From Macrostomum lignano (lineage: Eukaryota): 43,406 nucleotides of DNA. Position 1 is the stretch's first letter; every line of letters begins with the position of its first letter. Location of the stretch: positions 1-43,406 of the forward strand of contig NIVC01003889.1 of assembly GCA_002269645.1 (NCBI GenBank), written 5' to 3'. A model generated the notes under the pieces. It did no database searches and was not told where the DNA came from. It saw nothing but the letters and a program-made list of their open reading frames with translations. The position numbers and the translations under genes were made by a program. Positions 13,895 to 24,897 of the stretch are shown in pieces.

Positions 13895-14825
13895 TCACAC
13901 TCTACTTCTATAGGATTTCCCACTCTACTTCTATTTGAATTCCCACTCCACTTCTATTTGAATTCCCACTCTACTTCTATAGGATTTCCCACTCCACTTC
14001 TATTTGAATTCCCACTCTAATTCTATAGGATTTCCCACTCCACTTCTATGACATTTCCCACTCTACTTCTATTTGATTTCCCACTCCACTTCTATGACAT
14101 TTCCCACTCTACTTCTATTTGAATTCCCACTCTACTTCTATAGGATTTCCCACTCCACTTTTATGGGATTTCCCACTCCACTTCTATGGGATTTCCCACT
14201 CCACTTCTATAGGATTTCCCACTCCACTTCTTTGGGATTTCCCACTCCACTTCTATGGGATTTCCCACTCCACTTCTATGGGGTTTCTCACTCTACTTCT
14301 GAAGGATTTCCCACTCTATTTCTATGGGCTTTCTCAGTCCACTTCTATAGGATTTCCCACTCCAGTTCTATGGGATTTCCCACTCCACTTCTATTTGAAT
14401 TCCTGCTCGACTTCTATGGGATTTCCAACTCTACTTCTATATGAATTCCCACTCTACTTCTATAGGATTTCCCACTCCACTTCTATGGGATTTCCCACTC
14501 CACTTCTATAGGATTTCCCACTCCACTTCTATAGGATTTCCCACTCCACTTCTATGGGATTTCCCACTCCACTTCTATTTGAATTCCCGCTCGACTTCTA
14601 TGGGATTTCCCACTCTACTTCTATTTGAATTCCCACTCTACTTCTATAGGATTTTCTACCCTATTTTCCTAATATTTTCCCTATTTACCCTAATTCCCAC
14701 TCTACTTTAAAGGGATTTCCCACTCTACTTCTATTTGAATTCCTACTTTACTTCTATGGAATTTCCCAGTCCACTTCTCTGGAGTTCCCACACTCTAATT
14801 CAATGGGATTTCACACTCTACTTCA
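13895..14825 (+). repeat. 23-bp minisatellite (TTCCCACTCCACTTCTATGGGAT)n, moderately diverged
   Basis: Direct reading. Confidence 0.93.
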
Positions 14826-15351
14826 TCATTGTTGGCATTCATCATTATGCATAGTAAATTCTTGTCTCGTGAGCTCCAATAAAAGTACTCAAAAGTCCGT
14901 GCTCTCCGACCAAAATCCAACAGAAAAAGTTTTTACTCGAACTCCATAGGCTGATTAATCGCTCTTTTTTCCTCCTCTTTTTGTGTTTTGTTTCAGCGAC
15001 CGGCAATGATTGATGCCCAGTCGCCGGGGGCTCCCACAGCCTCCGCCGAATCCCAAAGAGCTGTTTGCCAGGTGTCAATAAGCGAGCTTTCGCATTAATG
15101 AGACTGGCAGCTTCCCCCGTACGACATCAACTATCACTCTCTCTCTCTCTCTCCTGGTCTCTCCCTGCTGATTGTCCCCGCCGCTTTCGCCAGAACTGCC
15201 TCCCGTTTCCCTCCCGCTGCCAAAAAATTGACGGGCTTTTTTCTGGTCTGGCTGATTTCTCGTACCTGCTGATTCTGGGATCCGCTGTGCTTCTCTTAAT
15301 CCGTAATCCACTCAAGCCACTGAGTCAATTCATGATTAATCCATTCTCGCC

Positions 15352-15978
15352 GGTCTACCCATCCCTCTCACCTGTCTACCCATCCCTCCCACCTGTCTAC
15401 CCATCCCTCCCACCTGTCTACCCATCCCTCCCACCTGTCTACCCATCCCTCCTACCTGTCTACCTGTCCCTCCCACCTGTCTACCCATCCCTCCTACCTG
15501 TCTACCTGTCCCTCCCACCTGTCTACCCATCCCTCCTACCTGTCTACCCATCCCTCTCACCTGTCTACCCATCCCTCCTACCTGTCTACCCATCCCTCTC
15601 ACCTGTCTACCCATCCCTCCTACCTGTCTACCTGTCCCTCCCACCTGTCTACCCATCCCTCCTACCTGTCTACCCATCCCTCTCACCTGTCTACCCATCC
15701 CTCCTACCTGTCTACCCATCCCTCTCACCTGTCTACCCATCCCTCCTACCTGTCTACCCATCCCTCTCACCTGTCTACCCATCCCTCCTACCTGTCTACC
15801 TGTCCCTCCCACCTGTCTACCCATCCCTCCTACCTGTCTACCTATCCCTCTCACCTGTCTACCCATCCCTCCTACCTGTCTACCCATCCTTCCTACCTGT
15901 CTACCTACCCCCCCACCTGTCTACCTATCCCTCTCACCTGTCTACCTATTCTCTCTCACCTGTCTACCCATCCCTCTC
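15352..15978 (+). repeat. 21-bp minisatellite (CCTGTCTACCCATCCCTCCTA)n
   Basis: Direct reading; explains the PVYPSLL and GRQVGGM ORFs. Confidence 0.95.
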
Positions 15979-16011
15979 CCTTGTCCGCATATTTTTCTAA
16001 GACCCCTTGCA

Positions 16012-16177
16012 GCTAAGACTCCTCGCAGCTATGACCCCTCCCTCGCAGCTATGACCCCTCCCTCGCAGCTATGACCCCTCCCTCGCAGCTATGGCCCCTC
16101 CCTCGCAGCTATGACCCCTCGCAACTATGACCCCTCGCAACTATGACCCCTCGCAGCTACGACCCCTCGCATCTATG
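16012..16177 (+). repeat. 20/16-bp minisatellite (CCTCGCAGCTATGACCCCTC)n
   Basis: About 8 units read directly. Confidence 0.9.
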
Positions 16178-16589
16178 AACAAAAGCCTGTGGCACAGCTG
16201 TCTCAGACACAGAGACACAGAGAGGCTGACCCACTCAACTCTCGAAGCCGCAAGGCTCTCTTAAGCTTGCTTATCGCCTTTCTAAGAAAAACCATCCAAC
16301 CCATATCGCTGCAGCGCTGGCGTTAAACCGCCGCCTTTGTGTCCGCGAGTTCCAGAGAAAAAATCCAATCAGGCATTCTCTGCATTCCCCATTCAATCAC
16401 GCGGTAACTAAGATAACTTCAAATAATTTGACCTCCCTAAGTTTATCTCTGGGTCCATCTATGCGGCATGCAGTGACCTCACCGCCTCCATCTCTCTTAT
16501 CTCTCTCTGTTCATCCGGACTTGAGCTCCGTCATGGAGTTCGAAAATGAACCGCCATCTGGATTGGAGCTGAGCTGGCCCAGAATTGAG

Positions 16590-17110
16590 GAATTGAGGAA
16601 GTCTCTGATTGAGGAAGTCCCAGATTGGTAAAGTCCCAGGTTGAGGGGGTCCCATACTGAATAATTGCCTGATTGAGGAAGTCCCAGATTGAGGAAATCC
16701 CAGATTGAGGAAATCCCAGATTGAGTAGTCCCTGATTGAACAAGTCCCAGATTGAACAAGTCCCAGATTGAGGAAGTCCCAGATTGAGGATGTCCCAGAT
16801 TGAGGATGTCCCAGATTGAGGATGTCCCAGATTGAGGAAGTCCCAGATTGAGGAAGTCTCAGATTGAGGAAGTCCCAGATTGAGGATGTCCCAGATTGAG
16901 GATGTCCCAGATTGAGGATGTCCCAGATTGAGGAAGTCCCAGATTGAGGAAGTCTCAGATTGAGGAAGTCCCAGATTGAGGAAGTCTCAGATTGAGGAAG
17001 TCCCAGATTGATGAAGTCCCAGATTGATGAAGTCCCAGATTGAGGATGTCCCAGATTGAGGAAGTCCCAGATTGAGGAAGTCCCGGATAGGATAAGTATC
17101 AATGAAGTCC
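16590..17110 (+). repeat. 16-bp minisatellite (AAGTCCCAGATTGAGG)n
   Basis: Direct reading; 16-aa (48-bp) period in ORF 16497. Confidence 0.94.
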
Positions 17111-17944
17111 GGACATTTCCGGACATTGGCGTGAAAACTGCTGGGAACCAGATGAGTGGCTTTTAGGACAGAGCTGCATCAGCTCCCCAGCGTCCTCTCC
17201 AGACACCGGATTCTGAAACTCCATGGCTGCACCCGCTAGTCGCTGAGTGCCGCCGCCTCACACACAGGGAGAAGTCGAGCTGCCAAACCCCGACACTTAT
17301 TCTCCCTTACCCGTCAAGCACGACCCTTTCAACCCCGCGTCGCGCGCTCCTCAGCATCCGATATTCTTCATCCGGGTAAAGACAGGAAAAGGAAATTCGG
17401 CCGCGCCCGAGAGCTGAGCGATTGCGCAATCGAGTCAGGGAGGGAAGTGGAAAAGGCCTCAGCTCTTTATCCTTCACCCGAGCTAATTCGAAGGCCCAGC
17501 TCAGAGAAGATTGAAGTGAGGAGCCGCGGCGCTACTATGGAGAGCCTCAGCCGGTGCCGCTGGGAGCTGCGGGGAAATTGAGTTTAAGAAGACGAAGATT
17601 GAGGAGGCGCTGGAGCCGGGGCTGGAAATCTGGACGATTTAAACAAATTAGGAAACGACGCCTCTGTTGCAGAGAATGCTGCTGGCTGAAGCCTTCCGGA
17701 GGCTTTTAAAAATGCTGCAATTCTGGTAGTTTTGTGAGAGTCTCAAGCCGGAGCCGCTGTACACCCTGCGTGAGCTTTAATGAAGAAATTCAACGGATTC
17801 TGACACAGCATAAAAAACAATTTTATAAGAAACTTAACGAAGATTTTAGTCGTAGCTACTGAACGATATCGGATAGTAGAAAAGATAGTAAATTGCTAGA
17901 TAATTTTAGGACAGGTAGACCAAAGATCATAAACTTTTTTACTT

Positions 17945-18640
17945 CAAGAAGAAGGAAGAGAGAAGAGGGAAGAGAGAAGAGGGAAGAGAGAGAAGGGAAA
18001 AGAGAAGAGGGAAGAGAGAAGAGGGAAGAGAGAAGAGGGAAGAGAGAGAAAGGAAAAGAGAAGAGGGAAGAGAGAAGAGAGAAGAGAGAAAAAATGAAGA
18101 GGGAAGAGAGAAGAGGGAAGAGAGAAGAGGGAAGAGAGAAGAGGGAAGAGAGAGAAGGGAAAAGAGAAGAGGGAAGAGAGAAGAGAGAAGAGGGAAGACA
18201 GAAGAGGGAAAAGAGAAGAGGGAAGAGAGAAGAGGAAAGAGAGAACAGAGTAGAGAGAAGAGAGAAAAATGAAGAGGGAAGAGAGAAGAGAGAATAGGGA
18301 AAAGGGAAGAGAGAAAAGGGAAGAGGGAAGAGAGAAGAGAGAATAGGGAAAAGGGAAGAGAGAAAAGGGAAGAGGGAAGAGAGAAGAGGGAAGAGGGAAG
18401 AGGGAAGAGAGAAGAGAGAAGAGAGAAGAGAGAAGAGGGAAGAGGGAACAGAGAACAGAGAGGAGCAAGGGAGGTGAAGGAATAAAGGAGAAGAGAGGAG
18501 GCGAGAGGAGGGATGAAATGGATGTAGGGAGAGAAGCGAGTGAAGAGGAGAGGAGAGAGAAGACGAGAGAAAAGAGGAGAGGAGAAAGGAGAAAGGAGAT
18601 AGCTAAGGAGAGCAGAGAGGGAGAAGAGAGGAAAGAAGAG
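17945..18640 (+). repeat. Polypurine (A/G) low-complexity tract built from AGAGA/AGAGGGA units
   Basis: About 0.7 kb almost free of pyrimidines on the + strand. Confidence 0.93.
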
Positions 18641-19000
18641 ACACAAGTCTTGAGCGGGCCGGATTTTTATTGTGAAGCTTCAAAAGACCGGAGGGTTAGA
18701 AGGGTTATTCGCTTCCTTGACTTTAGCCTTATAGGAATGTAGCTCGTAAATAGTTTCAATGACGGAGGCTGCCAGACTCGCACAAGAAACACGCAGAAAA
18801 ATCTACGCTCATAGCCACCGATATTCTTGCCAGATAACGGCTGCCTGGCAACAATCTTTTTGTTGACAAAATAAAATAGTTTAACCCTGAGTAGTGCCAT
18901 CTACGCACACACAGGGCGATTGACCCGGTCAGTGAGGGTCCGGGTGCTCAGAGCTACCTTATCTCGGAGCCGCAGTGGGCAGACCCGCTGCCACTGCCAA

Positions 19001-19008
19001 TATAAAAG
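19001..19008 (+). promoter_or_regulatory. TATA box of the C-type lectin gene
   Basis: TATAAAAG 99 bp upstream of the ATG at 19100. Confidence 0.55.
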
Positions 19009-19099
19009 CTCTAACAGGTTGAGTAGAGCGGGGTGGAGCGAAGCAGAGCGCCCCCGAAACCGAAACCGAAACCGAAACCGAAACCGAAACCGAAACGCC

Positions 19100-22000
19100 A
19101 TGCTGCGCCTCACTGCCGTTCTCGTCTGCTGCCTGCTGGGAGCCACGACTGCTCAGCGAACATTCTATTGCAACTCAACCGGGGTGGACAGCATCACTGA
19201 CCCGGACTTCTTCCTGGTCACCCGGTTGGAAGGCGAGCCCGGGTGTGCGCTGAGCTGCGTCTTCAACGTGTCTTCCGTTGGCAAGAGCAGCAGCAGCAGC
19301 GTGCTGCTTCACATCGAGGTGCTCAAAGTCGACATCAACTCGAACTCGTCTTTTTCCGTCGAAGGCTCCCGTGTGTACATCTCGAACGAGTACCTTGGCG
19401 GCCTGGCCAAAACCAGCTTGAACTTGATGACTCGGAGCGGATGGCTGGAGGTGATACTCATAGAATTCAATTCAAAATATTTTTTGTCGCTCTTCAAAAG
19501 TGCTCAAGTGACGTTGGCATTGAGAATTCGAATAGTTGCGATGCAGAGCCGAAATTTTAAACAAAATACTTATTAAATACCGCCGCAGGTGAAGTCTCAC
19601 TCCAGAAGGCCGAATTTGTGCAGCTCAGCGGAGGTGCGCATGCGAGTTCGAGCGGTGCCGAGGACCGACTGTCCGCCCAACTGGCAGCTGCTGAACGGCA
19701 CCTGCTTCGGTGCCAGCAGCCTCAGCGGTTGGCTGAACTTCCGTGACGCGCAGAAGGCCTGCACAAACCTGCAGGCGAATCTGCTGCACGTGCCGGCCAA
19801 CTTTTCTGGTCAGCTGGGCGACTTGATGGGCCAGCTGAAGGCCAACCTGACGGCCAGCTATTCATGGATCGGCCTGACGGACATCGCGGTGCGGAACCGG
19901 CTCGTCTGGCTGAACCGCAGCCGTCTGCACTCGTGAGTGACTGGCGCCACAGGGTCCTTTCATTATCTAGGATTAAAGTCACAGATGTTGGGATTAGATG
20001 ACGCCAAAAACTGATGCTTAGATGCTGTCCTAATCTGAGGATTGGATGCTGTCCTAATCTGAGGATTGGATGCTGTCCTAATCTGGGGATTAGATGCTGT
20101 CCTAATCTGAGGATTAGATGCTGTCCTAATCTGAGGATTAGATGCTGTCCTAATCTGAGGATTAGATGCTGTCCTAATCTGAGGATTAGATGCTGCCCTA
20201 ATCTGATGATTAAATGCTGTCCTAATCTGAGGATTAGATGTTGTCCTAATCTGAGGATTAGATGATGTCCTAATCTGAGGATTGGATGCTGTCCTAATCT
20301 GGGGATTAGATGCTGTCCTAATCTGAGGATTAGATGCTGTCCTAATCTGAGGATTAGATGCTGTCCTAATCTGAGGATTAGATGCTGTCCTAATCTGAGG
20401 ATTAGATGCTGCCCTAATCTGATGATTAAATGCTGTCCTAATCTGAGGATTAGATGTTGTCCTAATCTGAGGATTAGATGATGTCCTAATCTGAGGATTG
20501 GATGCTGTCCTAATCTGAGGATTGGATGCTGTCCTAATCTGAGGATTAGATGTTGTCCTAATCTGAGGATTAGATGCTGCCCTAATCTGAGGATTAGATG
20601 CTGTCCTAATCTGAGGATTAGATGCTGCCCTAATCTGATGATTAAATGCTGTCCTAATCTGAGGATTAGATGTTGTCCTAATCTGAGGATTAGATGATGT
20701 CCTAATCTGAGGATTGGATGCTGTCCTAATCTGAGGATTGGATGCTGTCCTAATCTGAGGATTAGATGTTGTCCTAATCTGAGGATTAGATGCTGTCCTA
20801 ATCTGAGGATTGGATGCTGCCCTAATCTGAGGATTGGATGCTGTCCTAATCTGAGGATTGGATGCTGCCCTAATCTGAGGATTAGATGCTGTCCTAATCT
20901 GAGGATTGGATGCTGTCCTAATCTGAGGATTGGATGCTGTCCTAATCTGAGGATTAGATGTTGTCCTAATCTGAGGATTAGATGCTGTCCTAATCTGAGG
21001 ATTGGATGCTGCCCTAATCTGAGGATTGGATGCTGTCCTAATCTGAGGATTGGATGCTGCCCTAATCTGAGGATTAGATGCTGTCCTAATCTGAGGATTG
21101 GATGCTGTCCTAATCTGAGGATTGGATGCTGTCCTAATCTGAGGATTAGAACTTTGAATGAAGCCCCAGCACCAGGAGGGCGTAGCCCAGTGGTCTGGCG
21201 AGGCGCTCTGATGCGCGAGCTCCCCAATTGGCGCAGTGAAGTGCACATGCCTAACGATAATTAAAGTTAGGGCCGCTGTACACTCCTGTGGAGTGTGTAC
21301 CTGTGCGTATGACTGCGTACGTATCCGCGCCTGCTCAGGGGAGTCGGCGGAATGGGCAGTAATGCTTCTCGTCGGTGCACAATGCCAGACTAAAACGTAG
21401 CTTTAAAGTTCAAAGATTTCTTGTCCTAAGCCTCTCTAACAAGTCCAAATACGCGTCCCTGCACCGCAGAGGTGCCACCATCGGGTGCACCGGCAGATAC
21501 TGCGACGACAGCACCAGGTGCGCGACAGCGATTTACCCATCGAACCGGACGGTCTACAAGGCTGACTGCGCCCAGCGCAGGCCGTACATCTGCTACATGC
21601 CACCTGGGGGAGCGCACGATCTCTACAGTGCCATGGACTCCAGATCCCACACCGGACCCGATCACCAGCGGCGGATTTCAATGGTGGCACGTGCCAGTCG
21701 GCCTGGTCGGTTGCGTCATTCTATTCGGCATGGCCTGCTACGGCAGCAAGCGGAAGGTGCGAGTTATCCGAGTCATTTATGAGTGAGGACTTCAGCTGCG
21801 ACTTGACTGGGCCGCCATTGAGGCAACAGAAACTGCTCAGATGTCGTGATGCGCTGTAACTGAGTTGATCAGAACACTATTGAATTGAGATGCTTATCAA
21901 TCTCGCCTTTGAATATTGACAGGTCATTGCCCTCCCCATAGCAGATCATATGATGACTGATCTGGTCATTGCCCTCCCCATAGCAGATCATATGATGCCT

Positions 22001-22958
22001 GATCTGGTCATTGCCCTCCCCATAGCAGATCATATGATGCCGGATCTGGTCATTGCCCTCCCATAGCAGATCATATGATGGCTGATCTGGTCATTGCCCT
22101 CCCCATAGCAGATCATATGATGCCTGATCTGGTCATTGCCCTCCCCATAGCAGATCATATGATGACTGATCTGGTCATTGCCCTCACCATAGCAGATCAT
22201 ATGATGACTGATCTGGTCATTGCCCTCCCATAGCAGATCATATGATGCCGGATCTGGTCATTGCCCTCCCATAGCAGATCATATGATGACTGATCTGGTC
22301 ATTGCCCTCCCATAGCAGATCATATGATGACTGATCTGGTCATTGAATAAAGCTGTTATAGAAAGAAAACAACGCAAAGAGGAGACAGTATTAGTCACAT
22401 GTCACAATTGCCAGTTAACCAGTGAGAAGCAAATTCAAAGACACATTTTCGCCACCCGTGCCGCCAACAAGTAGCTTTTTGCCAATAAATATACGAGTGA
22501 AACTATATTAATAATCATAAAAAATAGTTGTCGGTAAAATTATGTTGAGAAAAACATATTTAATACACACAAACTATTTAAATTATTTTATACAGAGAGC
22601 CTTAGACACTGCCAATATGCACTAATGCACTAATACACCAATGCACTAATGTACTAATGCACTAATACACTAAAACAGTTTACCACCATGACTCAACAGG
22701 AACTGTACTACACGGCGAGTACACACTGAATGACAATCAGTCTGGGTAAAAAATCAAAAAAAATGATAATGCCCGTTGGTTTCGCTGTCATTGCATATTG
22801 CAGAACAGGCAAATTTTGACAAATGACTTGCGCAATTTTTATCTCAGTACGAGCACTACACCGACAGAAAGCGGGATCAGTTGCGCCAGATCGTCAAAGA
22901 TCTCACATTCTCTACTCGGTTAAAAATGAGAACTTTCTTGGGAACTTTCTAGCAGTGT
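19100..22958 (+). CDS. Spliced signal peptide + CUB-like + C-type lectin domain + single transmembrane receptor (3' end uncertain)
   Basis: Exon 1 19100-19450 (MLRLTAVLVCCLLGATTA signal peptide; GT at 19451). Exon 2 19589-19932 (CPPNWQLLNGTCF...AQKAC...WIGL C-type lectin motifs; GTGAGT). Exon 3 21470-21756 (C...ADCAQRRPYICY, then WWHVPVGLVGCVILFGMACYGSKRK TM/stop-transfer, which needs one G fewer in the G5 run at 21606-21610). Candidate exon 4 from 22848 (tttttatctcag|YEHYTDRKRDQLRQIVKDLTFSTR). Phases 0, 2, 0 are consistent. Confidence 0.8.
20015..21149 (+). repeat. 24-bp minisatellite (GTCCTAATCTGAGGATTAGATGCT)n in lectin intron 2, about 47 copies
   Basis: Direct reading; 8-aa period in the spurious minus-strand ORFs. 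Confidence 0.97.
21175..21382 (+). mobile_element. Internally deleted copy of the tRNA-derived SINE (same family as 36431-36793)
   Basis: A-box head GGGCGTAGCCCAGTGG, then a body (GGCGCAGTGAAGTGCACATGCCTAACGATAAT...GCCTGCTCAGGGGAGTCGGCGGAATGGGCA) that aligns by eye with the reverse complement of about 36505-36680. The B-box region is missing. Confidence 0.85.
21920..22345 (+). repeat. 41/42-bp minisatellite (GATCTGGTCATTGCCCTCCCCATAGCAGATCATATGATGACT) x about 10
   Basis: Direct reading; lies in lectin intron 3. Confidence 0.95.
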
Positions 22959-23052
22959 TCTGCGCGCTGAGTGAACACTTCAGATACCTCGTGTATACAG
23001 CTCAGTTTAATACTGCGCTTTAAACGTTTCTTCTTGGTAAGAACGTCGATAA

Positions 23053-23712
23053 GGTGAGAGGGAGAGGTGAGAGGGAGAGTTGAGAGATGTGAGAGAGAGA
23101 GGTGAGAGGGAGAGGTGAGAGGGAGAGTTGAGAGAAGATGTGAGAGAGAGAGGTGAGAGGGAGAGATGAGAGGGAGAGTTGAGAGAAGATGTGAGAGAGA
23201 GGTGAGAGGGAGAGGTGAGAGGGAGAGTTGAGAGAAGATGTGAGAGAGAGAGGTGAGAGGGAGAGATAAGAGGGAGAGTTGAGAGAAGATGTGAGAGAGA
23301 GAGAGAGGTGAGAGGGAGAGATGAGAGGGAGAGTTGAGAGAAGATGTGAGAGAGAGGTGAGAGGGAGAGTTGAGAGAAGATGTGAGAGAGAGAGGTGAGA
23401 GGGAGAGATGAGAGGGAGAGTTGAGAGAAGATGTGAGAGAGAGGTGAGAGGGAGAGATCAGAGGAAGATTAGAGAGCGATAGGTGAGAGGGAGGGGTGAG
23501 AGGGGGTGAGAGGGAGAGGTGAGAGGGAGAGGTGAGGGAGATTAGAGAGCGATAGGTGAGAGGGAGGGGCGAGAGGGAGAGGTGAGAGGGAGATTAGAGA
23601 GCGATAGTTGAGAGGGAGAGGTGAGAAGGAGATTAGAGAGCGATAGGTGAGAGGGAGAGGTGAGAGGAAGATTAGAGAGCGATAGATGAAAAAGAGGTGA
23701 GGGGGAGGGTGA
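23053..23712 (+). repeat. GA-rich composite minisatellite (GAGAGGGAGAGGT / GAGAGAAGATGT / GATTAGAGAGCGATAGGT units)
   Basis: Direct reading. Confidence 0.92.
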
Positions 23713-23947
23713 GAACCCATGAGCGAAGGCAGCACATGCACTACGCCAGCACACAGCAGGGTGCAGCAGTGTCAGCAAATCCAGTCCAAATCCAATTAAG
23801 ATCCACGGTCCGGGTTGCCAGGTGGCCAGTGAACTGCTGCTAAGGCGGAGAGCTGAGCTAAAGAGTAAAAAGTGAACAGAGTATTATTGAAAGCACCTTA
23901 GCTAAGGAGCCGGTATCAGCAATTCAGTGAAGTTGTCAATCAGTCAC

Positions 23948-24589
23948 TCAGTAGCCTTTTTTAGATTTCCACTCGTTGGGCAGCAGGCTGTCCCGCAGGT
24001 TGTTCAGAAAGTACAGCAGGCCACGCCGGCGGCCTTTCAAATAGGCGCTGACGAAATGCGACGAGGAGCCGTCGTCAGCGTACAGCACGCCGGAGGAGCC
24101 GGGCATCATCAGGTGCGAGCGCTCCTCAGTCTGGGGCAGCACCAGCTCGTTGGCGCTGAGCGAGATGACCAGCAGGAACGGTGTCGGCCAGACCAGGAAG
24201 GTGAAGAAGGCCAGCACCTCAAGGAAAGGCCGGTAGGCTTCAGCGAAGTAGGCGAATGCCAGGTAATGATGCGCCAGCAGCAGCAGGGCAGACAGGATGA
24301 AGCTGGGCGAGCTGAACTGGAATCCCGGATAGGTTTTCAGCAGGCTGGCGTACAGCAGGTGAGCCAGGACGCCAACAGCAATCAGGCTCCACCAGGCGTC
24401 TTCTAGGAGCAGCAGAGCGGCGTGCAAAGCCAGCGTGCCGATGATGAGCCAGCGGATGAGCTTGCAGGTGAACACGGTGTACTCCTCCACCAGCTCGGCC
24501 AGGTAGTACAGGCCCACGGCAAAGCAGAACAGAAAGGCCGCGGCGTAGAATGCGTAGGCGGCCCAGCCGAGGCACCACAGCAGCCACAT
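23948..24589 (-). CDS. TEX261: TEX261/SVP26-family ER-Golgi cargo adaptor membrane protein, 213 aa, intronless
   Basis: MW start; hallmark motifs GLYYLAELVEEYT, HYLAFAYF, EVLAFFTFLVW, ISLSANELVLP match the family as recalled (human GLYYLAELIEEYT, NHYLAFQFF, SLSAGENVLP). ATG at 24589, TGA at 23948. Confidence 0.95.
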   Translation of the reverse strand: MWLLWCLGWAAYAFYAAAFLFCFAVGLYYLAELVEEYTVFTCKLIRWLIIGTLALHAALLLLEDAWWSLIAVGVLAHLLYASLLKTYPGFQFSSPSFILSALLLLAHHYLAFAYFAEAYRPFLEVLAFFTFLVWPTPFLLVISLSANELVLPQTEERSHLMMPGSSGVLYADDGSSSHFVSAYLKGRRRGLLYFLNNLRDSLLPNEWKSKKGY

Positions 24590-24846
24590 TGTTGCGGTGG
24601 GGGTCAACTGAGGTCAAATTTGTATTGGAACGGATCAGCACAGCTGAAAATAGGAGGTGGCTGGTTGAGACTTCACTTGGGCTCTGGCAGATTTATACTA
24701 CTGAAAACAGTATGCAGAGTGATTTAAGTATCAAATTTAGTAGGCTTTCTTCTACGCTCATTGGCTCCGGCAGCTTAAAATCCATTTCAGGATTGCCTGC
24801 GTGAAAGTTACACGAGAAGTTTTCGTGCGATCCGCACCCACGAGGG

Positions 24847-24897
24847 GCAACCCACAAGGAGTGTACATGCCGCTGTGCACCCTGTGTGAGCGTGTGT
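24847..24897 (+). mobile_element. Short degenerate fragment of the same SINE body
   Basis: GCAACCCACAAGG-AGTGTACATGCCGCTGTGCACCCTGTGTGAGCGTGTGT resembles SINE segments CCAACCCCCAAGG, GTGTACATGCC and GCCGCTGTACATTCCTGTGTGAGTGTGTG in the same order. Confidence 0.55.

Noticed and set aside
8803-16000. Repetitive ORFs (QAAARQKPGSV, LSNEIIYDRTLT, MTPYRLG, PVYPSLL and others)
   Set aside because: Unit lengths divisible by 3 leave frames open on both strands; these are minisatellite artefacts.
18667-18860. Minus-strand peptide LAASVIETIYELHSYKAKVKEANNPSNPPVF* followed by AATAAA
   Set aside because: Looks like a last exon, but upstream exons would have to overlap the lectin promoter and gene; no family recognised.
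19722-21248. 508-aa and 427-aa minus-strand ORFs (LRLGQHPI / SNPQIRTA)
   Set aside because: Translations of the 24-bp satellite inside lectin intron 2.
23927-24727. Plus-strand and alternative-frame ORFs over TEX261
   Set aside because: Shadow ORFs of a GC-rich, clearly homologous CDS.
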